Shown here piece by piece: positions 40,501 to 48,761 of a stretch of 64,000 nt of DNA. The notes under the pieces are model-generated. The model searched no databases, had not been told where the DNA came from, and saw only the letters and a list, made by a program, of their open reading frames with translations. A program made the position numbers and the translations under genes. Numbering within the stretch: position 1 is the stretch's first letter; each line of letters begins with the position of its first letter. The stretch is from IMG/VR virus record IMGVR_UViG_3300028833_000129, one strand, 5' to 3'. The DNA is from an uncultured virus (IMG/VR IMGVR_UViG_3300028833_000129) (lineage: Duplodnaviria > Heunggongvirae > Uroviricota > Caudoviricetes).

Positions 40501-41313
40501 GAAAAGTCGATTAGCGACCTTGAAAATAAGTTGTCAGAGCAGGAAGAAATATTGCAGAAGCATAAGGACAATGTTAATTCAATTGAAGATGAATTATCCA
40601 GTGCAAGGGGCGATAGAAGGCAACATCTTATTGACCAGTTAAATGCTGAAATTGCAGCCCAAAGGGAAGCAGCAGCAGAACAAAAGCGTATCGAAAAGGA
40701 GAAGCAGAAGGAACAAGACAAACTTGATGAACTTGACAAGAAAAGGAAGAAACAAGAATATGATAGAAACCTTCGTCAAATACTTATATCTGGAGCATTG
40801 GCAACAGCAAATGGACTTGCAACACAACCATTTGTCCCAGTAGGTATTGCAATGGGAGCATTGGCAACATCATTGGCAGCAGTGCAATATGCATTGGCAA
40901 AGAAGCAAAAGCCCTTCGCCAAAGGTGGATTGTTGGAAGGTGCTAGTCATAAAGAAGGTGGCATTCCTGTTGGAAATACTGGAATCGAAGTGGAAGGAAA
41001 GGAATACGTCATTAGAAAGAAATCTACAGCAGAAAATGTTCCTGTATTGGACTTCATCAATAGGGCTGAAAGGAAACTGACATTGGACGATTTTATTGAT
41101 TTTTATTCAAGCAAGCCAAAGGCAACAATAAAGAACATTCGTTCAAAGTTTGGTGATGGTGGTGTATTGCCCAATAACATTGATATTAGAGACCAAATAA
41201 GTGACGTTGTTATGGTGCAGAGCGAACAGCCAATATATGTGACAGTGAAAGACATTGAAAATGGTTTGGATAGGGTTGCAAGAGTAAGAGAACTTGCTGG
41301 AGTTGAAAAATAA
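37600..41313 (+). CDS. Tail tape measure protein (phage B)
   Basis: 1237-aa coiled coil; N- and C-termini homologous to the 12725 protein. Confidence 0.85.
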   Translation: MANIKEYKIVINGLNESVSAVDSLNKQLEALENRMKALEGKGIGASTGGSGGSRRSELSEQEKIEKQIAQIQEKQAAYRSEEYKALLMEKDALKQITTEMKSQAAAAKGDGYNLNTMQGMKERLRDLKLQHNTTDINDDLFKQQTREINELTQKLKELEAEYGVYSRNVGNYANGVTEGIKHARQELRDLKTEMQDLANKKANGIISEEEEERLKAVVHEYNNMKSTLEDANKPMDALMDTMQSMVAIASTTKGFAAFFGLDGDKVEESLKKLLALQNAMQGLQTLQKQMQTGEGFGKYFASANSSIDKFVAKITKAKIGVNGLEKSSKTATLAVKGFSTALKATGIGLAVWIGSEVIDGIGKFIDNLKAADKAAEEFKQTLDDVADKSLAESIGARTDIDEFISKMKVASGSTAQEKKIIDELNKSYGDLMGHYYTLSQWFDVLQNKRENYVKLIEQEKRLDELRTLYETTQQAKEKAIETRKQAEAQAALNHQVGNGIIESIAYTNALKAESIATHQATLAALQYKAELFLVNRLRAAMEREAEGNPESGRTPTTTTKTVDAEKELQNLRLKYMKDGLNKRMMQLDEEKRQTLAKLKNNQKQYLEAEKIFEERRLEIIKEYSDEIAKKIAESTQNIKEFGLNIDKNKLEAEANEIARLIDEALKKIPPIESGYTEPLAASFGKRMDDMITFHEKVVEAEQRNSREKYALLREAALKELELQKDTEDKRFEAEKQANHKTIVEAGQAITKIIKDREEAHEQLTDEDEKNIKKLWKIQLDANKNQEVLMQNHKEKLELIELNHKYAIRKLIDDENNEQAAIDNQYYDVRLNDFRNYLAEVNDLISKQPERNIWTIVNYKKTKENLTELKEAVSETLGQIDLIVKDATEKYKDSNPDIYNAVISTTNDIKKSVEDTAIYIKEKEDTLLGDLINSINNYVQELGNAIQTVMQAVNDYQDYQLDKQQDYLEKSISDLENKLSEQEEILQKHKDNVNSIEDELSSARGDRRQHLIDQLNAEIAAQREAAAEQKRIEKEKQKEQDKLDELDKKRKKQEYDRNLRQILISGALATANGLATQPFVPVGIAMGALATSLAAVQYALAKKQKPFAKGGLLEGASHKEGGIPVGNTGIEVEGKEYVIRKKSTAENVPVLDFINRAERKLTLDDFIDFYSSKPKATIKNIRSKFGDGGVLPNNIDIRDQISDVVMVQSEQPIYVTVKDIENGLDRVARVRELAGVEK

Positions 41314-41324
41314 ATTTAAAATGG

Positions 41325-41879
41325 CTACAGTGGTTTATATGACCACCGGTAGCCATTACTTGTTTTTGTTTTGCCTAAACAACATTTAGAAATATTACTA
41401 TTAAAGTACCCTAATTCTCTTTGTATTTCCCTAGTTGATGGCCACATCTTAACAAGTTCACCATCCAAAGTGTATTGGTACACTTGTTTTGACTTTAATT
41501 TGTTATTTTTTTGGTGTTCTCTATATATTTCAAAATTGTTATTTTCCTGTTGTGTACACCAACGAAGGTTTTCAATCATATTATTTTGGTTATCTCCATT
41601 TATGTGGTCTACACAATGTTTATTCTCCGGATTTGGAATAAATGCTTCTGCCACTATTTTATGAATGAATTTGTGTTCTCTTATTCCTTTATTATATAAA
41701 TCAACAATGTAATAGCCATTTTCTTTTTTTTGTGGATTAATTGTTTTGGATTTATAACACCTAGTTCCTTTGGAAGTTTCTATTTCTCTGACAACACTTC
41801 TAACATTTCCCCAATCACTAACTTCATAAAATCCTTCATATCCAATTACAGGACGCCATTCTTCTACTATTTTTGACAT
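41325..41879 (-). CDS. NUMOD4-HNH-NUMOD1 homing endonuclease
   Basis: EEWRPVIGYEGFYEVSDWGNVRS (NUMOD4); HKIVAEAFIPNP...VDHINGD..NN...NLRWCT (HNH_3). Confidence 0.9.
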   Translation of the reverse strand: MSKIVEEWRPVIGYEGFYEVSDWGNVRSVVREIETSKGTRCYKSKTINPQKKENGYYIVDLYNKGIREHKFIHKIVAEAFIPNPENKHCVDHINGDNQNNMIENLRWCTQQENNNFEIYREHQKNNKLKSKQVYQYTLDGELVKMWPSTREIQRELGYFNSNISKCCLGKTKTSNGYRWSYKPL

Positions 41880-41895
41880 ATTTTTAACATTTTTT

Positions 41896-41927
41896 CAAAT
41901 ATATAAAAAATATTTTTAATAAACAAA
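41896..41927 (-). promoter_or_regulatory. Bacteroidetes housekeeping promoter for the HNH gene
   Basis: TTTG-N20-TATATTTG. Confidence 0.65.
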
Positions 41928-41983
41928 TTATTTATAAAAAAATATGTTTAAATTAAAATAAAATACCAATAAATTCAAATAAA

Positions 41984-43234
41984 ATGGCAGAAATAGCAAA
42001 AAAACGTGGAAGGCCTGTTGGAAGCACAAAAGTAAAACCTTCAAATGGACTTACTGTATTGAAGTTTGAAAAACAGATTGATAATGCACCAATTACTAGG
42101 TACAACGCCCAATATAACATTATAAATTATGGCATCAAAAACGATTACCCCTATGAACTAATTTCGTTGTATAACTCTAGTGTTACAATGAAAGCATGTG
42201 TGGATTTTGCAACCAATGCCATCATTGGTGAAGGTGTTGATTTGGAGGCGATGCAAATTAAATCAGAAGACCTTCAAAATCCCAATTATTATATGTCTTG
42301 GACTGAATTTATAAGGGCATTGGCGTTTGATTTTTCACTGTATTCAGCATTTGCATTCCAGATAATAAAGAACAAAGATAACAAGTCATATAGTTTCTTT
42401 CCCCAGCCAATTGAAACAATTCGTTTGGAAGAAATGGACGAAGACGGTGTTATAAACAACGCTTACCTTTGCAAGGATTGGAGTGCAACAGGCCAAAACA
42501 TACCTGTTAAGATACCAATGTTTGGTTTTCAGAGTGAAAAGGAAATACCAATGGGAGTGCCTTATCTTCTTTATCATAAACAATACAATCCTGTCAATGC
42601 ATATTATGGCTTGCCAACATATTCTAGCGCTATTAATGCAATTCAATGTGAAGCACAATACCAACTTTGGGAGTTAAAGAATATTGTTAATGGATTTGTG
42701 CCATCAGGAATGTTGACATTACCAGAAGTTGAAACAGACGAACAACGAAGAGCAATTATAAACAATATACAAAACATGTTCGTTGGCGCTGAAAACACGA
42801 ATAGCCTAATGATTAACTTTAGGAATAGCATAGAAGATAAACCTGTAGAGTTTACGCCATTCACAGCACCAACATCAAACGTCAATTTGTATGAAGCAGC
42901 CAATGAAAGGACTGTCAATAGGATAATGGCAGGCTTTAAAATACCTTCAAAGGCGCTTATTGGTTTTCCTGCTGATACTGATGGTTTTTCTGACAGTGGC
43001 GCTTACATGGAATCAGCATTCGCCCTATATAACGTTAATGTGGCTAATAACGCTAGGAAAGAAATACTAGACACTGTTAACAACCTATTCAAGATGAATG
43101 GTGTTGATGTGCAGTTGCAGTTAAAACCACTTAACTATAGAATAAACGATGCTTCAACAGCAACCAATGTCACACCAACGACTGAAACGAAAGATGAAGA
43201 TGATGTTGAAGAAAGAAAAGATAATACCATTTAA
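41984..43234 (+). CDS. Portal protein
   Basis: 416 aa; YG..NDYP..L..LYN.S, YYGLPTY, NGFVPSG motifs typical of Bacteroidetes phage portals. Confidence 0.8.
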   Translation: MAEIAKKRGRPVGSTKVKPSNGLTVLKFEKQIDNAPITRYNAQYNIINYGIKNDYPYELISLYNSSVTMKACVDFATNAIIGEGVDLEAMQIKSEDLQNPNYYMSWTEFIRALAFDFSLYSAFAFQIIKNKDNKSYSFFPQPIETIRLEEMDEDGVINNAYLCKDWSATGQNIPVKIPMFGFQSEKEIPMGVPYLLYHKQYNPVNAYYGLPTYSSAINAIQCEAQYQLWELKNIVNGFVPSGMLTLPEVETDEQRRAIINNIQNMFVGAENTNSLMINFRNSIEDKPVEFTPFTAPTSNVNLYEAANERTVNRIMAGFKIPSKALIGFPADTDGFSDSGAYMESAFALYNVNVANNARKEILDTVNNLFKMNGVDVQLQLKPLNYRINDASTATNVTPTTETKDEDDVEERKDNTI

Positions 43235-43249
43235 AACCTAGTATGAATT

Positions 43250-43786
43250 ATGATTATAAACAGAACATATTTTGCCAAATATTCACCACTTCCAAAGAAC
43301 TTCAACTATGATGAAGTTATGTTGTATGTTCCAGTCGCTGAAAAGATATGGTTATATCCAATTCTGGGCATGGAGTTTATGGACGTGATACAACATCAGA
43401 TTGATGCTAATGCAGTGTCAGATGAAGTGTCAGCATTGTTGCAAGATGGTGGTTTATACCAATATCTATGCTATGCAACAGTGTTTGAAGCCCTACCAAT
43501 ACTTTGGGCAAAGTTTTCAGAAGTTGGTGTTGTCAAGGGCAAATCTGACAATAGCGATAGTTTATCTTTGAAAGATATGACCTATGTGCAAGACCACATT
43601 CGTAGACAAGTTGAAGTCTTGAAAGAACAAGTCATTCAGTGGATATGCCAAAGGGTTGATAAGTTCCCATTATTCAATACATGCTTATGCAATTGTGGGG
43701 GTTGTTGTGGCGATGATGGGTTACAAACTCCCAATCCAAATTGGTCGTTGTATTCGACTGGTAGAAGATGCACGGACATTATATAA
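43250..43786 (+). CDS. Probable head-tail adaptor/connector
   Basis: Helical 178-aa protein directly after the portal gene. Confidence 0.5.
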   Translation: MIINRTYFAKYSPLPKNFNYDEVMLYVPVAEKIWLYPILGMEFMDVIQHQIDANAVSDEVSALLQDGGLYQYLCYATVFEALPILWAKFSEVGVVKGKSDNSDSLSLKDMTYVQDHIRRQVEVLKEQVIQWICQRVDKFPLFNTCLCNCGGCCGDDGLQTPNPNWSLYSTGRRCTDII

Positions 43787-43808
43787 CTTTGTGGTACAAC
43801 AAAATGTT

Positions 43809-43840
43809 AAAAATGCAGCCATTTCTGACTGCATTTTTTT
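43809..43840. terminator. Bidirectional terminator
   Basis: AAAAATGCAG...CTGCATTTTT between convergent genes. Confidence 0.7.
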
Positions 43841-44071
43841 TTATTCAATCTTCTTAAACTCTTCTGCAAATGCAATACGCTCTTCTTGGCTTAATCGATA
43901 GGTAAAGGGTCTAATGTCTTCAATCAACTTGGCAAAGTCATTGTAACTGCCCATCAAATCGCCCATTGGGAATTGGCGAACTTCCACGTCCCAGCCATAT
44001 TCGTCATTCTTGGTGATTTCAACAACCAGAGTTTCATCTTCACTCTGAAAATTCATTTTGCTTAATACCAT
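43841..44071 (-). CDS. Small hypothetical early protein
   Basis: Part of a minus-strand run of small acidic ORFs. Confidence 0.6.
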   Translation of the reverse strand: MVLSKMNFQSEDETLVVEITKNDEYGWDVEVRQFPMGDLMGSYNDFAKLIEDIRPFTYRLSQEERIAFAEEFKKIE

Positions 44072-44275
44072 AATATCATTTGTTTTGGTGAATATATGAT
44101 ATATAACGCCTCTGGAGCGTTTTTATTGCCATCAGAGGTAATTTATCATCCAAACAATTTGAAGCGACTGGTGGGCTTTAAAATGGGCTTAAAATTAAAA
44201 GCCCCCTGCACCAGTATCACTACTATCAGTGGGGCACAAATAACTTTTAACTTTTTTTATTTTTTTATGATTTTG

Positions 44276-44551
44276 TTAATCCTCTAGTTCCTTTAGTTCA
44301 TTCATTATAGCAACATATTCAATTTGTTCGTCAATATTTACGAATGGCTTATGATACACAAAATCGTATATATTTTCAATGTCTTTTATTGAATAGTCAC
44401 ATACTGCTATATTGCTAATTGAATATGCAAGGTCTACAACAAATCCATCAGTCAAATCTTCCCAGTTGTCACAGTCAATTCTTTCTTCAATCTCTTCTAT
44501 GCATGTTTCTAGCAGTTCCTTCGTTAGTTCTGTAAATCTTTTTCTAGTCAT
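44276..44551 (-). CDS. Small acidic hypothetical protein
   Basis: Minus-strand array; ends KELED. Confidence 0.65.
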   Translation of the reverse strand: MTRKRFTELTKELLETCIEEIEERIDCDNWEDLTDGFVVDLAYSISNIAVCDYSIKDIENIYDFVYHKPFVNIDEQIEYVAIMNELKELED

Positions 44552-44565
44552 AATCTCTAGTTATT

Positions 44566-44721
44566 TTAAATTGAATCTTCAAAATCTTCCAGTTCTTCTC
44601 TTATTTTATCAAGAGTATAGAATTCTTCTTGCATTGATGTCTTTTTTGACATTTCATTATCAACATCAGCAATAAGTGTTATTGCCTGTTGAAGTTTTGA
44701 TTTCATTTCTTTCTTCGTCAT
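44566..44721 (-). CDS. Small hypothetical protein (51 aa, not in ORF track)
   Basis: MTKKEMKSKLQQAITLIADVDNEM...EELEDFEDSI*; fills the gap in the array. Confidence 0.6.
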   Translation of the reverse strand: MTKKEMKSKLQQAITLIADVDNEMSKKTSMQEEFYTLDKIREELEDFEDSI

Positions 44722-44742
44722 AATTACTATATATTTTAATTG

Positions 44743-44985
44743 TTAATCCTCTAGTTCCTTTATGCCTTTAAATAATTGCGGTACAATATTCAAAATATCC
44801 TGTTCAGTCAAGGCGCTGCCATCTTTATTTTGGCAATTGCCAATATCACAAATTGTTACAAAATCAGCACTTCCATCATCAAGCTTAATAACACCTACTT
44901 TCTTTTCGATACCTTCAAGGCCATACATTTCAACGTTAAAGACCTTTTTCTTCACTACAAGATTTTTAGTTTCTTTTTTGCCCAT
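44743..44985 (-). CDS. Small hypothetical protein
   Basis: Minus-strand array; ends KELED. Confidence 0.65.
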   Translation of the reverse strand: MGKKETKNLVVKKKVFNVEMYGLEGIEKKVGVIKLDDGSADFVTICDIGNCQNKDGSALTEQDILNIVPQLFKGIKELED

Positions 44986-45015
44986 ATTAATATACTGTTA
45001 ATAAATAAATTCTTT

Positions 45016-45276
45016 TTAAAAGTCTACTTCTACAGTCCAGACATGTTCTTCCCAAGCATCATCATATCCATCATCACTAAATTCAATGTTGGTAACAGTT
45101 CTATCATATTCTTCTTCAATCAAGTTCTTGAAGAAATCAATGCCCCATTCCATCACCTCTTTATCGTCTTCGCCAATTTCAAAGTAAAAATAATCATCGT
45201 TTAAACGGTTACAATAACCGTCTTGCATCGAATCAGTGATTCTTCCTTTTGCATTTTCAAATCTATTTTTGTTCAT
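45016..45276 (-). CDS. Small acidic hypothetical protein
   Basis: Start MNKNRF directly follows the stop of the upstream gene. Confidence 0.6.
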   Translation of the reverse strand: MNKNRFENAKGRITDSMQDGYCNRLNDDYFYFEIGEDDKEVMEWGIDFFKNLIEEEYDRTVTNIEFSDDGYDDAWEEHVWTVEVDF

Positions 45277-45277
45277 A

Positions 45278-45583
45278 TTATTTATTATGTTTATTTTCAA
45301 ATGCATCAATCATTTCTTCAAAATAGGCTTCCATTTCCAATTTATTCAAAGCCTCTTCGATAATACATTCTGCAACAAAATTATTTGGGTTTTCGTAGTC
45401 AGCGGCTGCATCAAAATCATAAAAACGCCACCAGTTTTCAACTATTACAGCATATTCATTCTTCCATTTTTCTGTTGGCTCTACAGTGTATGCAAAACCT
45501 TCATTGTCATTAAAGCCAAATACACCTCTTTTCTTAAGATATGGAAGCACTTCAACCAAATCAGTAAATGTTTTTTCGTTCAT
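45278..45583 (-). CDS. Small acidic hypothetical protein
   Basis: Minus-strand array. Confidence 0.65.
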   Translation of the reverse strand: MNEKTFTDLVEVLPYLKKRGVFGFNDNEGFAYTVEPTEKWKNEYAVIVENWWRFYDFDAAADYENPNNFVAECIIEEALNKLEMEAYFEEMIDAFENKHNK

Positions 45584-45595
45584 ATTTTTTTAATA

Positions 45596-45892
45596 TTAAA
45601 TTGATAATCCTTCTGAATAATAATAATAGTTGCAATCTGTTGCTTCTGTAAGACACTCTCCCAACAGATAAATGAAATTCTCCCATTCTTCAAGGCTTTC
45701 TTCGCCATAGTTAGGAAGTGTAGGACTTCCAAGTTTCTCCCAAAGTGCCTTGCAATCAGTGTAATGAAATAGACAATTTGGTGTTCCATCTTCATTTTTT
45801 TGGTTGTGATAGTTTTCTACAATCTGCTTAAACTCTTCACTCTTCTTTACAAGGCTCTTTATTACCTTTTCTACCTTACTAATCTTTTTCAT
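45596..45892 (-). CDS. Small hypothetical protein
   Basis: First gene of the minus-strand array. Confidence 0.65.
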   Translation of the reverse strand: MKKISKVEKVIKSLVKKSEEFKQIVENYHNQKNEDGTPNCLFHYTDCKALWEKLGSPTLPNYGEESLEEWENFIYLLGECLTEATDCNYYYYSEGLSI

Positions 45893-46281
45893 AATTCTTT
45901 TTATTTTTGTTTTTCATTCTGTGTTCCTTCCTTCGAACAATGCAAATATGGTAAAAAAAAATGGGAAAAAGAAATTTTCGTTGTTAAAGAATGTTAAAAG
46001 ATTTATGATTCTTTTCAGCCCTATATAATAGTGTACACACATGCATGTGCATTTCTTTATATAAAGCCCAATAGGGCATTAAAATTCCTTGGCCTTATAC
46101 ATTGCCCACCCAACATAAATAAATCGATTGTGGGGCTTCTATGATAGCAACCGGTGCATTTCTGTTAAATAGTGTTAAATGGTGGCCAAGGATTTTGTTT
46201 TTGATTTTATTTTTTGTATAGTTGCACTGTATCGATACAGCTAGATTAAAAATTTATGTTTAATTAAAAAAATTATTTAAA

Positions 46282-46440
46282 ATGACAAAGAAAGAATTTC
46301 TAGAAGAATTGGATTCCATGATTGATGAACAGATGTCAATTGTGAATATCCAGAGTGATGATTTTAACGAAGAATTGCTGAAAACGTTGTGGAATGTAAA
46401 GGCAATGGCAATGGAGTTGGATGAAGAGTTGGAGGGTTAA
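46282..46440 (+). CDS. Small acidic hypothetical protein (52 aa, not in ORF track)
   Basis: MTKKEFLEELDSMIDEQ...ELDEELEG*; AT-rich leader. Confidence 0.55.
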   Translation: MTKKEFLEELDSMIDEQMSIVNIQSDDFNEELLKTLWNVKAMAMELDEELEG

Positions 46441-46976
46441 TAGCCCTCCACTTTTTGTTGTTTTTTATAGGGATTAAGTTCATTATTCTTATCTTGATGC
46501 ACCTTCTTATGGCAATCCTTGCAAAGTGTTATTAGGTCAATGTTTGGGTATTCCCAAGGTCGTTTTCCTTTAGAGTATTTAATATGATGAACTTGGAGGT
46601 TATGCACCGAACCACAACACCTACATTTAAATTGGTCTCTCTTTAGTATGGTATTTCTTTTCCGTTGCCATAGTGGATGCTCTAGGTCTTGAAGGTATTG
46701 TTCTTTCCTTGAAATGGCTTTTTTAGGCTTCTGGGAGGCTTTCTTGGATTTTACCTTGGTATCTTTACATTTCAACTTTTTCTTTTGACTGGAGAGGCTT
46801 TCTTGAAGTTTTTCTTTGGCCTTTTGCTCTTTAACCCATTCTTTATAATCCTTCCAAGTTGAAGCGGAGAAGTTTTTCTTGGTAAGCTGGTATTTTTCAT
46901 CCTTCAGTTGGGATTGTTTTTTCTTCTTTGGTCTAGAATACTTGTACTGAAGGTCTTGGTAATCCATTGTCAACAT
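46437..46976 (-). CDS. HNH endonuclease with basic N-terminus
   Basis: WQRKR..ILKRDQFKCRCCG....LQVHH...LITLCKDCHKKVH. Confidence 0.85.
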   Translation of the reverse strand: MLTMDYQDLQYKYSRPKKKKQSQLKDEKYQLTKKNFSASTWKDYKEWVKEQKAKEKLQESLSSQKKKLKCKDTKVKSKKASQKPKKAISRKEQYLQDLEHPLWQRKRNTILKRDQFKCRCCGSVHNLQVHHIKYSKGKRPWEYPNIDLITLCKDCHKKVHQDKNNELNPYKKQQKVEGY

Positions 46977-47064
46977 TGGTATAAATTATTTTATTTTTTT
47001 AAGCCGCCACCTTCAAGGCGTGGCGGCGTTTATTTTATTCTTTTAGTTGAACTATTGGTTAACT

Positions 47065-47685
47065 TCAACAAACCATGTAATCTTTATTAGTTGATACTTC
47101 TTCTAGTGTTTCTTTTGAAGTTGTTTCATCAATTTTATAAATGTATTTGTTAAACTTTTCATTGAAAAAAGCAATTGTTCCATCTCTAAATTTTATTTCT
47201 TTTGTTTTTGAAGTTGATGTTGAAGTTGTTTTTGTATTTGTTATTGAATTTGATATTGTATTTGTTATTGTAGTTGTAATTGGTATTGTAATTGGAGTAT
47301 TAATAGGCTTTTCCAGTGATTTGGTGTCTTCAAAAAAATCATTGAATAAATCATCAAATGTTTTTTCAACTAGTGGTTCTTTCAATTTTTTAAAGTTGAT
47401 TGTGTATTCAGATGCTTCACCTTTTGCCTTACCAACTTTTCTAGTAATTAAATCATAATCAATTAACTGTTCAATGGATGATAGGAGTTCATTTGAATTT
47501 ATACCACTTATTTTTCTAAGTCTAGAGTTTTGGCAATAAATAATTCTACTTCCTTTAGCATCACTATGCAATAACAGTTCCAATAATGCAGCAAGCACTT
47601 TTTTTGACGATAGTCTTAAAATCTCTGTTTCTTTGATGTTTGATGGCAGTCTATCAAACATTTCTTCAAATTTTGTTTTAGCCAT
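47065..47685 (-). CDS. Putative replication initiator (winged-helix N-terminus)
   Basis: HTH-like LRKISGI....L.SSIEQLIDYDLITRK.G....ASEYTIN followed by a Thr/Ile-rich repeat linker. Confidence 0.45.
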   Translation of the reverse strand: MAKTKFEEMFDRLPSNIKETEILRLSSKKVLAALLELLLHSDAKGSRIIYCQNSRLRKISGINSNELLSSIEQLIDYDLITRKVGKAKGEASEYTINFKKLKEPLVEKTFDDLFNDFFEDTKSLEKPINTPITIPITTTITNTISNSITNTKTTSTSTSKTKEIKFRDGTIAFFNEKFNKYIYKIDETTSKETLEEVSTNKDYMVC

Positions 47686-48013
47686 TGAATATCATTTATA
47701 TCAAATTATTTTACCCTTCCAAACCATTTTTAATAAAAACTAGGAGGGATGATATAAATGGTTTGGGTAAACCCTCCTAGTAGTAAAAAAAGAAACCATT
47801 TCGAACTAGTTTCTTATATAAATATATTATTAGACGTATTTAATAATAAATAGTTTTAAAAAATATTAAATTATATTTATATTTACAAATATATAAAAAA
47901 TTTTTTAAATAAAGAAGAAAAAGGCAACAATTTTAAATTATTAAAAAATATTTTCAATTTTATTTCTTTTTGTCAGAAAGTTTTTGTATATTTGCATTGT
48001 AAAAGATTTGGCG

Positions 48014-48142
48014 ATGAAGAGGATGAAACTTAGGCAAAGGAGGGAACTTGATAAGCAAATTTACATCAAAGCGGATAGCATATGGAAGGTAATAGAATAT
48101 CAACAACCAAAGAAATATACCGTTGGCAGTGTGTTCGGTTAA
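48014..48142 (+). CDS. Possible small protein (42 aa)
   Basis: ORF just downstream of a TATATTTG -7 box at 47987. Confidence 0.3.
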   Translation: MKRMKLRQRRELDKQIYIKADSIWKVIEYQQPKKYTVGSVFG

Positions 48143-48283
48143 AACTGCACAGTTAACCTTTCAAAATAAAAATAAGTATCGATGTGAAAGTGATATTAAT
48201 TGTTAACAATTGTGTCAATGGCTGTTGGTAGAAATACTAGTAATGCTATCGACGGCCATTTTTCAAAAAACAATCGAAAAATC

Positions 48284-48652
48284 ATGAAAGACATTAACGT
48301 ATTTTTAGAAGCGTTCAAGGCAAAAAAGGAGCAACAAAAACAAAGGGAAAAGGAACAAAAGAAAAAGGCGGCCAAAGCAAAGCAAGCCCAAAAGAAAAGG
48401 GTTGGCAAGTTGAAAAAAGAATTATTTCTTAAGCAACTTATCAATACCCATGTTAAACCATTTGAAAAACCACCAAAACCTGAACACGTAAAAAACATAC
48501 CAATAGTTTATGTGGGCGATTTTAATGAAGAAACGCTATTCACGATAAAGGATGAACTTCAACAATGGGAAGCAGAACATTGGCCATGCATAAATTGGGA
48601 TAAGTGGGATGAACTAGTGGAAAAGGGGAGAAAAGAAATCCTAAAACAATAA
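48284..48652 (+). CDS. Basic hypothetical protein
   Basis: Lys-rich ORF; start chosen at MKDIN. Confidence 0.55.
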   Translation: MKDINVFLEAFKAKKEQQKQREKEQKKKAAKAKQAQKKRVGKLKKELFLKQLINTHVKPFEKPPKPEHVKNIPIVYVGDFNEETLFTIKDELQQWEAEHWPCINWDKWDELVEKGRKEILKQ

Positions 48653-48722
48653 TTATCATACAGCCTTGACAGTAGGCCAAAAGAACTGTCTTTAATTTAT
48701 TTTTTTTTATTCCATATGATTG

Positions 48723-48750
48723 CTCTCCCCATCATAACCGGTGGGGAGAG
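48723..48750. terminator. Hairpin between convergent genes
   Basis: CTCTCCCCA...TGGGGAGAG. Confidence 0.6.
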
Positions 48751-48761
48751 TCTTTTAAAAA

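Noticed and set aside
36894..41879. Group I introns housing the homing endonucleases
   Set aside because: The endonuclease genes are intergenic and antisense, with their own promoters; flanking genes are uninterrupted and leave no room for intron core structure
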